Positions 8,681 to 19,855 are shown, counted from the stretch's first letter. The stretch: 64,000 nt of DNA from Nitriliruptoraceae bacterium (GCA_003561535.1 PWWI01000002.1:43-64042), one strand, 5' to 3'. The notes: generated from the sequence alone by a model not told the origin. Translations and numbers: made by a program.

Positions 8681-10135
8681 TCAGCGCCGCAGCTCACCGG
8701 CCCGGTCGGCGAGCTCGGCGAGCAGCAGGGCCTGTGCCAGGCAGGCACGGAGCAGGTCCTCGAGGTGGACGGACTCGTCCTCGCCGTGGGCGTTGGAGCG
8801 TGGATCCTCGACCCCGACCAGCAGGCACGGGGCGCCGTCGAAGGCCTCACTGAACGGACCCACGAAGGGGATCGACCCCCCGCAGCCCATCGCGGCCGGC
8901 TCCCGCCCGTAGGCGGCCGTCATCGCCGCAACCGCAGCGGACCACGCGGGGCCGGTGGGCTCCATCAGCCATCCCGGGGTGGCTGCACCGGTCACCACCT
9001 CGACGTGGGCACCGAAGGGGGCATGGCCGACGAGGTGGTCGATGAGGGCCTGGGCGGCGCGATCGGGGTCCTGCCCCGGTGCGAGCCGACAGGACAGCCG
9101 GGTGGTGACCTCGCTCAGCAGCGTGTTGGAGGCATCGGCGACGGGCGTGACGTCCATGGCGGTCGGCGTGATGGTGGGCCTGAGCCACAGCCGTTCCTCG
9201 AAGGTGCTGTCCGGATGCCCCGTGAACCGCACGCCCTCGAGGAGCTGGACGTCCCGCCGGAGCTGCTGCTCCTCGGTCCCGAGCGCGGCGAACCGCTCGC
9301 GCTCGACCTCGGGCGTCGGCCGGACATCGGCGAGGAACCCCGGGACGGCCACCTGCCCGTGCTCATCGTGCAGCGTCGCCAGCAGCCGAGCCGTGGCGGT
9401 CAGCGCGTCGGGGACCGCTCCGCCCCACAACCCCGAGTGCACGGGCTGCTCGAGGGTCCGCACCCGGACCGTCAGCTCCACCATGCCGCGGAGCGCGTAG
9501 GTCAGTGACGGCCAGCCCACGTCTCTGTTCACGAGGTCGGCGAGCACGATGACGTCGCTGTCCAGCTGCCCAGACCAGCCTTGGAGCAGCTCGAGCAGGT
9601 GGGGCGAGCCCAGCTCCTCTTCACCCTCGATGAGGACCTTGACGTTGACGGGCAGGCTGCCGCGGGTCGCGAGCCAGGCCCGGATGGCCGCGACGTGGGT
9701 CATGATCCCCGCCTTGTCGTCGGCAGCCCCGCGGCCGTACAGCCGGCCATCGCGCTCGGTCGGCGTGAAGGGGTCGGAGTGCCATCGGTGCGCGGTGCCG
9801 ACGGGCTGGACGTCGTGGTGGGCGTAGAGCAGCACCGTCGGGGCGTGGTCGCCTGCGTGCAGCCACGACCCCGTCACGGCTGGTGGCATGCCGTCGAGCT
9901 CGAGGACCTCGACGTCCTCCAGGCCGGCGTCGGACAGGAGTGCGGCGGTGGCGGTGGCACTGCGACGCACGTCGTCGGTGTGGTCGGGCAACGCACTGAT
10001 CGACGGGATCCGCACCAGGTCCTCGAGATCGGCGCGGATCCGCTCCTCGTCGGCGAGCACGTGGCTCGTGACATCGGCGAGGTGCTCGGGGACGGCGGGC
10101 TGCGGACTGCGGTGCTCGGCCAAGGACGCCTCCAT
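8681..10135 (-). CDS. M20 family metallopeptidase (dipeptidase)
   Basis: LLYAHHDVQP, GRGAADDKAG and LIEGEEELGS metal-ligand motifs. 484 aa. Confidence 0.85.
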   Translation of the reverse strand: MEASLAEHRSPQPAVPEHLADVTSHVLADEERIRADLEDLVRIPSISALPDHTDDVRRSATATAALLSDAGLEDVEVLELDGMPPAVTGSWLHAGDHAPTVLLYAHHDVQPVGTAHRWHSDPFTPTERDGRLYGRGAADDKAGIMTHVAAIRAWLATRGSLPVNVKVLIEGEEELGSPHLLELLQGWSGQLDSDVIVLADLVNRDVGWPSLTYALRGMVELTVRVRTLEQPVHSGLWGGAVPDALTATARLLATLHDEHGQVAVPGFLADVRPTPEVERERFAALGTEEQQLRRDVQLLEGVRFTGHPDSTFEERLWLRPTITPTAMDVTPVADASNTLLSEVTTRLSCRLAPGQDPDRAAQALIDHLVGHAPFGAHVEVVTGAATPGWLMEPTGPAWSAAVAAMTAAYGREPAAMGCGGSIPFVGPFSEAFDGAPCLLVGVEDPRSNAHGEDESVHLEDLLRACLAQALLLAELADRAGELRR

Positions 10136-10344
10136 CGAGAGGGGGGCCGCCAGTCTGCACGGTGTCCGGTGCGGCTGCAGTTCGCGGGGAAGCGTTGCGG
10201 GCTGAGGCGAGGTGGTGACTATCCTTCCGACGACCAGCGCCCGGCGCCCAGCCGTGGACCTCGACGGCCGCTTCCGAGCCCCGTGGCGCGGGGGATCGAG
10301 CGCCGCACGCCCCCCGGCGCACCGACGCGAGGAAGGCCAGCACC

Positions 10345-10695
10345 GTGGGTCACGCAGCGACCGCCTGGGAACGCATCTCCGGCATGCTCTCGAAGGGTGA
10401 CGTCTCCGAGCTGCTCGAGGTCTACACCGCGGATGCCCTCTACCTCGAGCCCTACAACCCGCCGCACCGTGGGAACCTCCTGATCCAGGCCTACCTCAAG
10501 GACTGGCTCGGCGGCAAGGAGGACATCGCCGTCGAGGCCAAGCGGGTGATCGAGTCCGAGGACGGCACCGATCTGGGCGTGGAGTGGACGATCTCCTACA
10601 CCGCGGCCGGTCGGCGGTGGAACGACCTGCCACGAGCGAGCTTCTTCGCCTTCGACGACGACGGACGGGTCGTCTACCACCGCGACTACACCTGA
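10345..10695 (+). CDS. NTF2/SnoaL-like family protein
   Basis: 116 aa with the size and pattern of SnoaL-like proteins (LLEVYTADALYLEP..., FFAFDDDGRVVYHRDY). GTG follows GAGGAAGG. Confidence 0.7.
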   Translation: MGHAATAWERISGMLSKGDVSELLEVYTADALYLEPYNPPHRGNLLIQAYLKDWLGGKEDIAVEAKRVIESEDGTDLGVEWTISYTAAGRRWNDLPRASFFAFDDDGRVVYHRDYT

Positions 10696-10725
10696 CCCCG
10701 CGGCGACGCCGGAGCCGGTCCCCGG

Positions 10726-11703
10726 TCAGTCCCGGGTCAGGTACCGCCACACGAGCAACCCGGCGAGCGCCGCCGCCCCCAGCCCCGCGGCGACCTGGCC
10801 GACGGGTGTGACCTCTGGCAACCGGTCGCGGAGGCGCACGGGTGAGGCGAACTCCTCGATCTGCCAGCCCATCGCCTCGGCGGCGGCGCGGAGCTCCTTG
10901 TCGGGGTTGACGGCCGTCGGATGCCCCACGGCCGACATCATCGGCAGGTCGGTGATCGAGTCCGTGTAGGCGAAGCAGCGCGACAGGTCGTAACGGCGGA
11001 CCTCGGCGATCTGGCGGATCGCGGTCGCCTTCGCCCCGGCGTAGGCGTAGAACTCGAGGGTGCCGTCGTAGCGGCCCTCCTCGTCGAGACCGGAGCGGGT
11101 CGCGATGACCTCCTTCACCCCGATGAACTCGCCGTAGGGCTCGACGATCTCCTCGCCTCCCGAGGACACGATCCACACGTCCCGGCCCGCACGTCGATGG
11201 GCGGCGATCAGATCCAGGGCCTCCTGGTAGGCCAGCGGGGCGATGGTCTCCTCCATCGTCTCGCGGACCAGGTGCCGGATCCGGTCGGCGTCCCACCCGC
11301 GGGTCAGCTCCAGCGCGGCGTGGCGCGCCTGCTCCATGCGCTCGTGGTCGGCGCCGGCGAGCTGGTAGACGACCTGTGCGTACAGCGTCTTCAGCACCAT
11401 CGACGAGCTGATCAGCCCGTCCCGGTAGAAGGTCCGCCCCATGACGAGGGTCGACGACTTCGCGATGATCGTCTTGTCGAGGTCGAAGAACGCCGCCTCC
11501 TTCGCCCCGGTCGAGCGCGCGGCGATCTGTTCGAGCATGCGGTCCGACAGCCGGTCGGCGTCGGGGCGGGCGTAGCGTTGCTCGGTCTCCTGGCCCGCGG
11601 CAGCCGCCGCCGCCGCTGCGTTGGCGAACTGCTCGCCGAGGTCATCGGTCGGCTCGGCCGTGGTCGCGGCAGGGGCCTCCCCGTCGTCGTGGTGCTCGCT
11701 CAC
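10726..11703 (-). CDS. HAD-IB family hydrolase with C-terminal TM helix
   Basis: FFDLDKTII (DxDxT motif I), SGGEEIV, and TDSITDLPM (motif IV). Divergent from the Tad-like cluster. Confidence 0.85.
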   Translation of the reverse strand: MSEHHDDGEAPAATTAEPTDDLGEQFANAAAAAAAAGQETEQRYARPDADRLSDRMLEQIAARSTGAKEAAFFDLDKTIIAKSSTLVMGRTFYRDGLISSSMVLKTLYAQVVYQLAGADHERMEQARHAALELTRGWDADRIRHLVRETMEETIAPLAYQEALDLIAAHRRAGRDVWIVSSGGEEIVEPYGEFIGVKEVIATRSGLDEEGRYDGTLEFYAYAGAKATAIRQIAEVRRYDLSRCFAYTDSITDLPMMSAVGHPTAVNPDKELRAAAEAMGWQIEEFASPVRLRDRLPEVTPVGQVAAGLGAAALAGLLVWRYLTRD

Positions 11704-11951
11704 CTACCCCCCTCCATGATCAGGACCAGGGAGCGTAGCCCTGGCGACCTCCTCGGCGACCGCTTCCTCGCGGGCCGCCCGGACGGGGCCGTTGGTTGGT
11801 TCCCCTGCGCGCGCAGGCGCGGCCGCGCCGGCTGGCCTCGGCATGGGTTGTCCACAGCTCGGCAGAACCCCACGTCGAGGTGGAGGCTCCGCGGTCCTAC
11901 GGTGCCGGGCGGAGCGAGCCAGTGGGGCTCGCGGGACGGAGAGGAGCGGCG

Positions 11952-13211
11952 GTGACGGTTGAGACGGCGGTCGCGGGGGCGGGGGTGGGACCATCGACGC
12001 GAGCGAGACCCGGGCCATCGCCTGACCAATCGCCTGACCATGAGGCCTGCCACGAGCACGGGCTCGACCCGGTCGAGGGCGCGGTCCCGGGTCAGGCATC
12101 CGGCGCCGCCCCGGGCGGGCGACGGGCCGGGGAGGCCATGGCGGCATCCGGCGCCGGTGCGCAGGGGGAGGGCGGTCCCCACGCGGCGCTGCCCGTCGCG
12201 CTCCACCTCGGCGACGTGCACGCGGAGCCGGTCCGCAGCTGGCTCGAGGGAGTTCTGGGTTGGCAGGTGGTCGACGGCGCCGAGGACGATCCCGTGCCGC
12301 CCGTGCTCCTGCTCCGCGACCACCTCGCGGATCCTGGCGGCGCTGGGCGCCCTGGCGGGGCTGGGGACCCTGGCCGGGCTGGGCACCCTGGGGGCGCTGG
12401 GCACCCGCGCCCCGGCGTGGAGGTCGGCACTGGCAGCGATCTGCCGACGATCCTCCTGCTGCGCGACGGGAGCGATCCGGTACGCGCCGCCGCAGCGGCC
12501 GCCGCGGTCGCCGCCGCGGCCGGGACCCGGTTGGTGCCGTCGGCGGTGCTCGGCTGGCCCAGCGACCGGGAGCGGCTCTCGGACGTCGCTGCGAGCCTGT
12601 TGGCCACCTCGCGTCAGCGTTCGACGTCCACCTCCCGGCTCGTCATCGGCGGTGGCGCCGGCGGGGTGGGTACGACCACCGTCGCGCTCGCTCTCGGCGG
12701 TCTGCGGGCCTGGACCGGAGCCCGGACGCTGGTGTGCGTGCGAGGGCTCGGGGTGCCATGGCGCGGTGTCCCCACGGCCGCGCTGGGCGGCGGTGACCTG
12801 TGGTCGGTCGCCCAGCGGTCGCCGGGGCTCGAGTCGCTCAGGGTCGTGCGGCTGGTCGATCATGACCCGGTCCCCGAGGTGATCGACCCCGCGATCGAGG
12901 CGATGGTGCTCGATGCCGGGCCCGACCCGGATGCCGACGTGCTGGTATGCCGCCCGGATGCGGCCGGTCTCGCCGCCATGCGGACGACCACCGCTGCGGT
13001 GGTCGTGGTGGTCGGTGAGGGGCCGGCACCGCACCGGGCCGTTCTGGCCGCTGCGGGTGGCAGGGCACTGCTCCGTCTGCCCTGGTCGGCCCGGGTGGCG
13101 AGAGCCGGGGCGATGGGCCGCCTGCCGGCGGGGCTGCCGGGCAGCTGGCTGCGACGGCTCCAGCCCTTGGTCGCAGGAGCGCCGACGGGCCGGGCCACGG
13201 CCTCGACCTGA
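11952..13211 (+). CDS. CpaE/Ssd-like protein ('helicase/secretion neighbourhood' CpaE homolog)
   Basis: LVIGGGAGGVGTTTVALALG is a deviant Walker A without Lys. It sits directly upstream of the CpaF-like ATPase. GTG at 11952 follows GGAGAGGAG. The track ORF starts at 11796, and ATG 12138 is an alternative start. Confidence 0.65.
   Translation: MTVETAVAGAGVGPSTRARPGPSPDQSPDHEACHEHGLDPVEGAVPGQASGAAPGGRRAGEAMAASGAGAQGEGGPHAALPVALHLGDVHAEPVRSWLEGVLGWQVVDGAEDDPVPPVLLLRDHLADPGGAGRPGGAGDPGRAGHPGGAGHPRPGVEVGTGSDLPTILLLRDGSDPVRAAAAAAAVAAAAGTRLVPSAVLGWPSDRERLSDVAASLLATSRQRSTSTSRLVIGGGAGGVGTTTVALALGGLRAWTGARTLVCVRGLGVPWRGVPTAALGGGDLWSVAQRSPGLESLRVVRLVDHDPVPEVIDPAIEAMVLDAGPDPDADVLVCRPDAAGLAAMRTTTAAVVVVVGEGPAPHRAVLAAAGGRALLRLPWSARVARAGAMGRLPAGLPGSWLRRLQPLVAGAPTGRATAST
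12333..12410. repeat. In-frame 15-bp repeat (PGGAG-type pentapeptide x5) inside the CpaE-like gene
   Basis: ctgggg/caccctggc(c/g)ggg units translate as PGGAGRPGGAGDPGRAGHPGGAGHP. Confidence 0.7.
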
Positions 13212-13315
13212 CCTGACGCAGCCACCACCACATCGCACGTGATCGCGCCGCGCTGCTCGGCAGCGGAGCCGATCGCGCAGTCACCACCGACCCGGGGGCG
13301 GGATCGGCGCACACC

Positions 13316-14499
<1,184 letters not shown>

Positions 14500-14515
<16 letters not shown>

Positions 14516-15888
14516 GCAGTGGCCAGAGCAGCGAGGTGACCAGTGACCAGGACCGTGCGCTGGACGAGCTCCGGCTGGCGGTCGCGGTCGGGGCCCCGAT
14601 CGGTGACCTCGAGCACCTCCCCGAGCGCTGTCGTCGCGCCGTCGAGCTGGCGCAGGCGGTGGGCGCTCCGCTGCTGGCGGCGGTCGAGGTCGCAGAGGCG
14701 GCCCGCGACGATGTCCGTCGTGGCCAGCGGGCCGTGGCGGTCGCCAGCGCCCAGACCCGGGCGGTCGCCGGCGGGCTGCTGCTCGCGCCGATCCTGCTGG
14801 TGCCAGGTCTGGCGCGTCTGGTCGGTGCCGATCTGCTCGCGTTCTACTCCAGCGGCATCGGGCTGATGGTGCTGGCCGTCGGGCTCGGACTGCTCGCTCT
14901 CGGGGCCGTCATCGTCGTGGTGCTGGTCCGGCGGGTCGGACGCACCACCGCAGGGCCCTCCACCCGCGATCCGCTCGCCATCGGGGCTGCGGTGGTGGCC
15001 GCGGTGGTCGCGTACCGCCTCTCCGGCCCGGTGCCCGGGCTACTGACCGGGCTGGCCGTGGAGCACGTGGTGTCGTCACGTCGACCGCGGCCGCTGCTGA
15101 CGGTCGGGGTCGACGAGGCCGCGGACCTCGTCGCCACGGCCCTGACCGCCGGGGTCAGCGGGCCGGAGGCGCTCCGGTTGGCGGCTGACGCCCTACCGGC
15201 CCATGCCACCCGGCTGCGGCGACTGGCCTTCGGTCTGGAGCTCGGGATGGGCCCGGAGGAGATCGTCGGCGGGGATGTCGCCGGCGACCTCGCCAGTGGC
15301 TACGGGGCACCCGCCCGTCGGGGGCCGCGCCCTGGCCCGCGATCGGCCGTGGGCCGGACCCGATCGGCCGTGGGCCGGGTGCCCGACGCAGGTGAGCTGC
15401 GGGCAACCGCACGACCCGCGTCCCGGACGGCCGACCGACGCGTGCGGCGGCCAGCTGAGCGAGCAGCATCCGAGCCAGCCGAGCGACGTGCACCCCAGGC
15501 GGCCGACCGACGTGCACCGGGGGCATCCGAGCGACGGGCAGCGGGGACCACCGACCGACGGGCACCGGAGGCCACCGACCGACGGGCAGCGGGGGCCACC
15601 GACCGACGGGCAGCGCGCCGCCCGCAGCGCACCGGTGCGCCGTCCGACCCGCTCCACCGTCTGGCCGTGCTCCTGGCTGCGGCCGAGCGCATGGGAGCTC
15701 CCGTGGCGCCGAGCGTGCGCCACCTCGCCCGGGAACTCCGGGCTGACGACCTCGCGCGGGTCCTGGCCGCCGCCGAGCGCCTCCCCGCGCAGCTGACCTT
15801 CCCCACCGCCCTGTGCCTGCTGCCGGCGACCGTGCTGCTGATCGGTGCGCCGATCGTCCAGACCGGTCTGTCGGCAGCCGGCTACTGA
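14500..15888 (+). CDS. TadB-like + TadC-like (T2SS F-type) membrane protein in one 462-aa ORF
   Basis: Overlaps the ATPase stop. There are two TM-containing halves with no stop codon between them. An Arg-rich repeat insert lies in the second half. GTG at 14506 has better spacing to GAGGAGG. Confidence 0.6.
15339..15625. repeat. In-frame tandem repeats (21-bp x2, then 24-bp units encoding xxDRRAxx) inside the TadB/C-like ORF
   Basis: ccaccgaccgacgggca recurs at 15549, 15573 and 15597. Protein: ADRRAPGASERRAAGTTDRRAPEATDRRAAGATDRRAA. Confidence 0.75.
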
Positions 15889-15903
15889 CCGAGAGGAGCA
15901 AGG

Positions 15904-16290
15904 ATGCAGCACCTGGTACAGCTCGACCACAGCGACCGCCTGGCCGCGGCGATGGCCGCCCACCCCTCCGCGACGGCAACGCCAGCGGTGGGGCCAGCAC
16001 CGCGGCGGGCGGGCGCCGCCGACCGCCTGGCCCTGCGAGACAACCCGGACGCGGCGGATGCTCGTCGCGCCCGGTCTGGTGACCGGGAGCTCCGCGGTGT
16101 GGGGCACGTCACCGACGCGGTCGCAGGTGCCGATACCGCGGAGGACGGCTCGCTCGTCACCGAGTACGGCCTGTTGGCCGTCGTGGCCGCGACCGTGGCC
16201 GGTGTGGTGATCCAGTGGGCGAGTGGCGGCGCGCTCGTCACGCTGTTCAACGCCCTGCTGCGGCACGCCCGCAGCCTCGTCGGCGCATGA
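15904..16290 (+). CDS. Flp-type pilin-like protein (DUF4244-like)
   Basis: G-SLVT-EY matches the Flp G/XXXXEY processing motif (16147-16167) and is followed by a hydrophobic helix. GAGAGGAG lies 5 nt before ATG 15904. An alternative in-frame GTG at 16099 (GGGAG 9 nt upstream) gives a typical 17-aa leader. Confidence 0.6.
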   Translation: MQHLVQLDHSDRLAAAMAAHPSATATPAVGPAPRRAGAADRLALRDNPDAADARRARSGDRELRGVGHVTDAVAGADTAEDGSLVTEYGLLAVVAATVAGVVIQWASGGALVTLFNALLRHARSLVGA

Positions 16291-16901
16291 GTCGGTCGCT
16301 GGCCGGGGTGGGGTGCGCCGAGGTGCGCCCCACCGCGGCGCTCAGGGTCGGGGTGCGCCCCACCTCCCGAGTCGTCCTCGAGGCGGAGGCGGTCTCGTGT
16401 CCGGTCGCGACGGCGGCGCCGGCGGCGCCGCCGGCGCCGCGTCCGTCGCCCCGACGGTCACCTACCTCCTCGCCGGACCCTGGCGAGGGCTGGCCGGCTG
16501 CCGACGCCCGGCAAGCCGGGGTGCTCAGCCTGGAGGCGGTGTGGATCCTGCCCGCGCTCGCGCTGCTGGTCGTCGGGCTGCTCCTGGCCCTCGGGCTCGT
16601 CCGCGACGTCCTGCTGCTGCACGAAGCAGCACGTGCGGGCGTCCGCGCGGCGGTCGTCAGCAGCGGCGCCGACGGCGTCGCCACGGCAGCTCGGCAGGCT
16701 GCGCCTGAGCTCGACCTGACTGTCCAGGTCCACCCGGTGGTCCGCCACGACGGCGATCTGGTGACGGTGCGGGTCCACACGACCCGAACGATCGGCCCCG
16801 TTGACCACCGCCTCTCCGCGCGCGCGGTCGGCCGGGTCGAACCGGCGGTGGGACCGGGGCGCCCGAGCGGCGGTCCCATCCACGGGCCGGTGGCCCCGTG
16901 A
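16287..16901 (+). CDS. TadE-like pseudopilin
   Basis: ATGA overlap with the pilin stop. G-VLSL-E is followed by the TM helix AVWILPALALLVVGLLLAL. Pro/Ala-rich ~88-aa N-terminal region. Confidence 0.6.
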   Translation: MSRSLAGVGCAEVRPTAALRVGVRPTSRVVLEAEAVSCPVATAAPAAPPAPRPSPRRSPTSSPDPGEGWPAADARQAGVLSLEAVWILPALALLVVGLLLALGLVRDVLLLHEAARAGVRAAVVSSGADGVATAARQAAPELDLTVQVHPVVRHDGDLVTVRVHTTRTIGPVDHRLSARAVGRVEPAVGPGRPSGGPIHGPVAP

Positions 16902-17311
16902 GGCCCCGGCCCGACCCATGGGTCGGTGACGGCGCGCAACGCTGGTCCGGCGGGTTCGCGACGGTGGCGCTGCCGATGCTGCTGTGGATGGGGACGCTCG
17001 CGGCGATCGCCGTGATCGACCTCGGTGCGTACCTGACCGCAGCTGCCCGAGCCCAGACGCTCGCCGACGCGGTCGCACTGGCTGCGGTGTCGGCGGACGT
17101 CGAGGGGGCCAGGGCGGTGTCACCGATCCGAGAGGCCGACCGGGTGGCGGTCGCTGGCGGCGGCCAGTTGGAGGCCTGCGCTTGCACGCCAGGCGCGGGC
17201 CGTGCGGTGGTCACCGTCAGCGTGCCCGTGCCCGGCATCGTGCTTCCTACGCTCGGCGCCTCTCGGGTCGCGGCGGACGCGGCGGCGGCCCTGGTCGAGC
17301 CGCCGAGATGA
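16898..17311 (+). CDS. TadE-like protein ('helicase/secretion neighbourhood' type)
   Basis: GTGA overlap. SGGFATVALPMLLWMGTLAAIAVIDLGAYL... is followed by a conserved-looking CAC motif. 137 aa. Confidence 0.65.
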   Translation: MRPRPDPWVGDGAQRWSGGFATVALPMLLWMGTLAAIAVIDLGAYLTAAARAQTLADAVALAAVSADVEGARAVSPIREADRVAVAGGGQLEACACTPGAGRAVVTVSVPVPGIVLPTLGASRVAADAAAALVEPPR

Positions 17312-17317
17312 ACGTCG

Positions 17318-17432
17318 CCGTGGTGCCGGTCACCGCGCTGCCGGTCGCCGCGCCGCTGGTCGCCGCACTGCCGGTCACCGCGCCGCTGGTCACCGCGCTG
17401 CCGGTCACCGCGCTGCCCGTCCTCGCGGTGGG
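17318..17432. repeat. 15-bp tandem repeat x~7 (ctgccggtcaccgcg)
   Basis: Fills the gap between the convergent TadE-like gene (stop 17311) and the helicase (stop 17477). Confidence 0.85.
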
Positions 17433-17476
17433 CCGCCCGTCCTCGGCCACCCCCCGGGAGCGCCCACCCCTGGGCG

Positions 17477-19855
17477 TCAGGGCGCCCTCGTCAGCAACAG
17501 GTCCAGCACGCGTACCGCACCCTCCTTGTCCAGGGGCTCGTTGCCGTTGCCGCACTTGGGGCTCTGGACGCAGGATGGGCACCCCGCCACGCAACGACAG
17601 GTGGCGATCGTCGCCCGGGTCGCCGACAGGTGCTCCGGCAACCGTCGGTAGGAGCGCTCGGCGAGGCCGGCCCCACCCGGCACGCCGTCGTAGATGAACA
17701 CCGTGGGCCGTCCCGTATCCGGGTGCAGCGCCGTCGACAGCCCGCCGAGGTCCCAGCGGTCGCACAGCGCGAGCAGTGGCAGCATCCCGATGGCGGCGTG
17801 CTCGGCAGCGTGGAGCGAGCCGGGCACGCGCTGCGGCGCCAGCCCGTCGTCGTCCAGCAGACCCTCGGGGATCGACCACCACACCGCGACCGTGCGCAGC
17901 TCGGTGGGCGGCAGGTCGAGATCGATGCGTTCGAGGACCTCGCCGGTGCCGACGCGCAGCACCTCGTAGCCCGTGACCCGGGAGGTGACCTCGACCCGGC
18001 CGACGGCGACCTCGATGTCCCCCCAGTCGGTGCGCTCCTCGGTCGCGAGCACCTGGACGTCGGTGTCGGTGCGCGGCCGCGTCGTCAGCTCGGAGGTGCC
18101 GGCATCCTCGACGAGCGCGACGTGGGCGTCGAGGTCCAGCGCCGCGACCCGGAGCACCCGGCCCTGGTGGAGGTGGATCGCGCCGGTGTGGACCTGGCGG
18201 TGGGCGCGCACCTCGTCCACGTCGCCGATCACCTGTCCGGTCCCGGCGTCGACGATGCGCACGGGTGTGCCGCCGGTGCTGCGCAGACCCACCTCGCTGG
18301 CGGCGCGGTGGCGCCCGGTCCAGAAGTGGCGACCATCCCGCCGCCGGAGCCGGCCAGCAGCGACCTCCGCGGCCAGCAGGTCCGGCGCCGTCGGCCCGAA
18401 CCACCTCGCGGCCTCCTCGTCGTCGAGGGGTGCCTCCTGGCAGGCGCAGCGCAGGTGCGGTCCCAGCAGGTAGGGGTTCCCCGGGTCGACGATGGCGTCC
18501 TCCGGGTCGCGGGTCAGCAGCGCGCGGGGATGCAGCACGAGGTAGTGGTCGAGCGGGTCCTCCTGCGCGACGAGCACCGCCACCGACGCGGTCCCCCGGC
18601 GCCCCGCCCGCCCGACCCGCTGCCAGAACGCCGCGGTCGTCCCGGGCCAGCCCGCCAGCAGCACGGCGTCCAACCCGCTGACGTCGATACCGAGCTCCAG
18701 CGCCTCCGTCGCGGCCCCCCCGCGCAGGCGCCCGTCCCGCAGGCCCGCCTCCAGTGCACGCCGGTCCTCGGCGAGGTAGCCCGCGCGGTACGCGGCGACG
18801 GCGTCCGCCAGGGGAACACCGGCCGCGTCGATCGTGTCACCGAGCCGTTCGCGGGCGATGGCGGCGATCACCTCTGCGCCCTTGCGGCTGCGGGTGAACG
18901 CGAGCGTCTGGACCTCAGCGCCGACGAAGGCCGCCAGCAACTCACCCGTTTCGCGCAGCGTCGAGCGTCGCCGCTCGCCGTCCTCCTCCAGCGGCGGCAG
19001 CCACAGACCGAGGTGCGAAGGGCCCCGCGGCGCCCCGTCGCGCACCACCTCGGTGACCTCCAGCCCGGTCAGCGCCGAGGCGTGTTCCCCGGGGTTGCCC
19101 ACCGTCGCCGAGGCGAGCAGGAACACCGGGTCCGCGCCGTAGCGCTCGAGCAGCCGCCGCAGCCGCCGCAGGACCAGGGCGACGTGGCTGCCGAACACCC
19201 CCCGGGCGACGTGGGACTCGTCCACGACCACCGCCCGGCAGCGGTGCAGGACGTCGGCCCACCGCTGGTGGTCGCCGAGGAGCGAGGCGTGGAGCAGATC
19301 GGGGTTGGTCAGGACCCAGTTGGCGGTGCGCCGGATCGCGGCCCGCTCCTCACGTGGCGTGTCGCCATCGAGCACCGCCGCCCGCAGCCACGGCAACCGC
19401 AGTTGGCGCAGCGCCCGCAGCTGATCGTGGGCGAGCGCCTTCGTCGGCGAGAGGTGCAGGACCACGGAGCGGTCGTCGAGGTGGAGCGCTTCCAGCGCGG
19501 GGAGCTGGTAGGCGAGGCTCTTTCCCGAGGCGGTTCCGGTGGCCAGCACCAGGTGCCGTCCCTTGCGCGCCAGTGCCAGTGTCTCGGCCTGGTGCGACCA
19601 CAGCTGCTCCACGCCGTCGGCGCGGAGCCGCTCCACGAGCGCATCGGGCAGATCATCGGGCCAGGGCGTGGTCCGGGCGCGGCGGGCCGGGAGCCGCTCG
19701 AGGTGGACGAGGCCACCGTCGTCCGCCTCCTCCGCGGCCACGGTGACCCCGCGGCGGTCGTCGGCGTGCCGCGCCGGCCCGTCCGAGGTGGTCCGGGCGA
19801 GCACCTCGAGCACGTCACGCGGGTCGATGGCGGCACCTCGTCCGGCCGGGGCCAC
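17477..19855 (-). CDS. DEAD/DEAH-box SF2 helicase with C-terminal DUF1998-type Cys cluster (MrfA/YprA-like)
   Basis: GTASGKS (motif I), VVVDESH (motif II), SATV (motif III) and C-terminal CRCVAGCPSCVQSPKCGNGNEPLDK. 792 aa. Confidence 0.9.
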   Translation of the reverse strand: MAPAGRGAAIDPRDVLEVLARTTSDGPARHADDRRGVTVAAEEADDGGLVHLERLPARRARTTPWPDDLPDALVERLRADGVEQLWSHQAETLALARKGRHLVLATGTASGKSLAYQLPALEALHLDDRSVVLHLSPTKALAHDQLRALRQLRLPWLRAAVLDGDTPREERAAIRRTANWVLTNPDLLHASLLGDHQRWADVLHRCRAVVVDESHVARGVFGSHVALVLRRLRRLLERYGADPVFLLASATVGNPGEHASALTGLEVTEVVRDGAPRGPSHLGLWLPPLEEDGERRRSTLRETGELLAAFVGAEVQTLAFTRSRKGAEVIAAIARERLGDTIDAAGVPLADAVAAYRAGYLAEDRRALEAGLRDGRLRGGAATEALELGIDVSGLDAVLLAGWPGTTAAFWQRVGRAGRRGTASVAVLVAQEDPLDHYLVLHPRALLTRDPEDAIVDPGNPYLLGPHLRCACQEAPLDDEEAARWFGPTAPDLLAAEVAAGRLRRRDGRHFWTGRHRAASEVGLRSTGGTPVRIVDAGTGQVIGDVDEVRAHRQVHTGAIHLHQGRVLRVAALDLDAHVALVEDAGTSELTTRPRTDTDVQVLATEERTDWGDIEVAVGRVEVTSRVTGYEVLRVGTGEVLERIDLDLPPTELRTVAVWWSIPEGLLDDDGLAPQRVPGSLHAAEHAAIGMLPLLALCDRWDLGGLSTALHPDTGRPTVFIYDGVPGGAGLAERSYRRLPEHLSATRATIATCRCVAGCPSCVQSPKCGNGNEPLDKEGAVRVLDLLLTRAP

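Noticed and set aside
17308-17697. ATGA-coupled ORF after the last TadE-like gene, encoding MNVAVVPVTALPVAAPLVAALPVTAPLVTALPVTALPV... through the 15-bp repeat
   Set aside because: The in-frame 5-codon period and the coupling are tempting. However, the frame has no stop until 17697, about 220 nt antisense into the helicase 3' end. GC3 collapses once past the repeat, so it is most likely non-coding.
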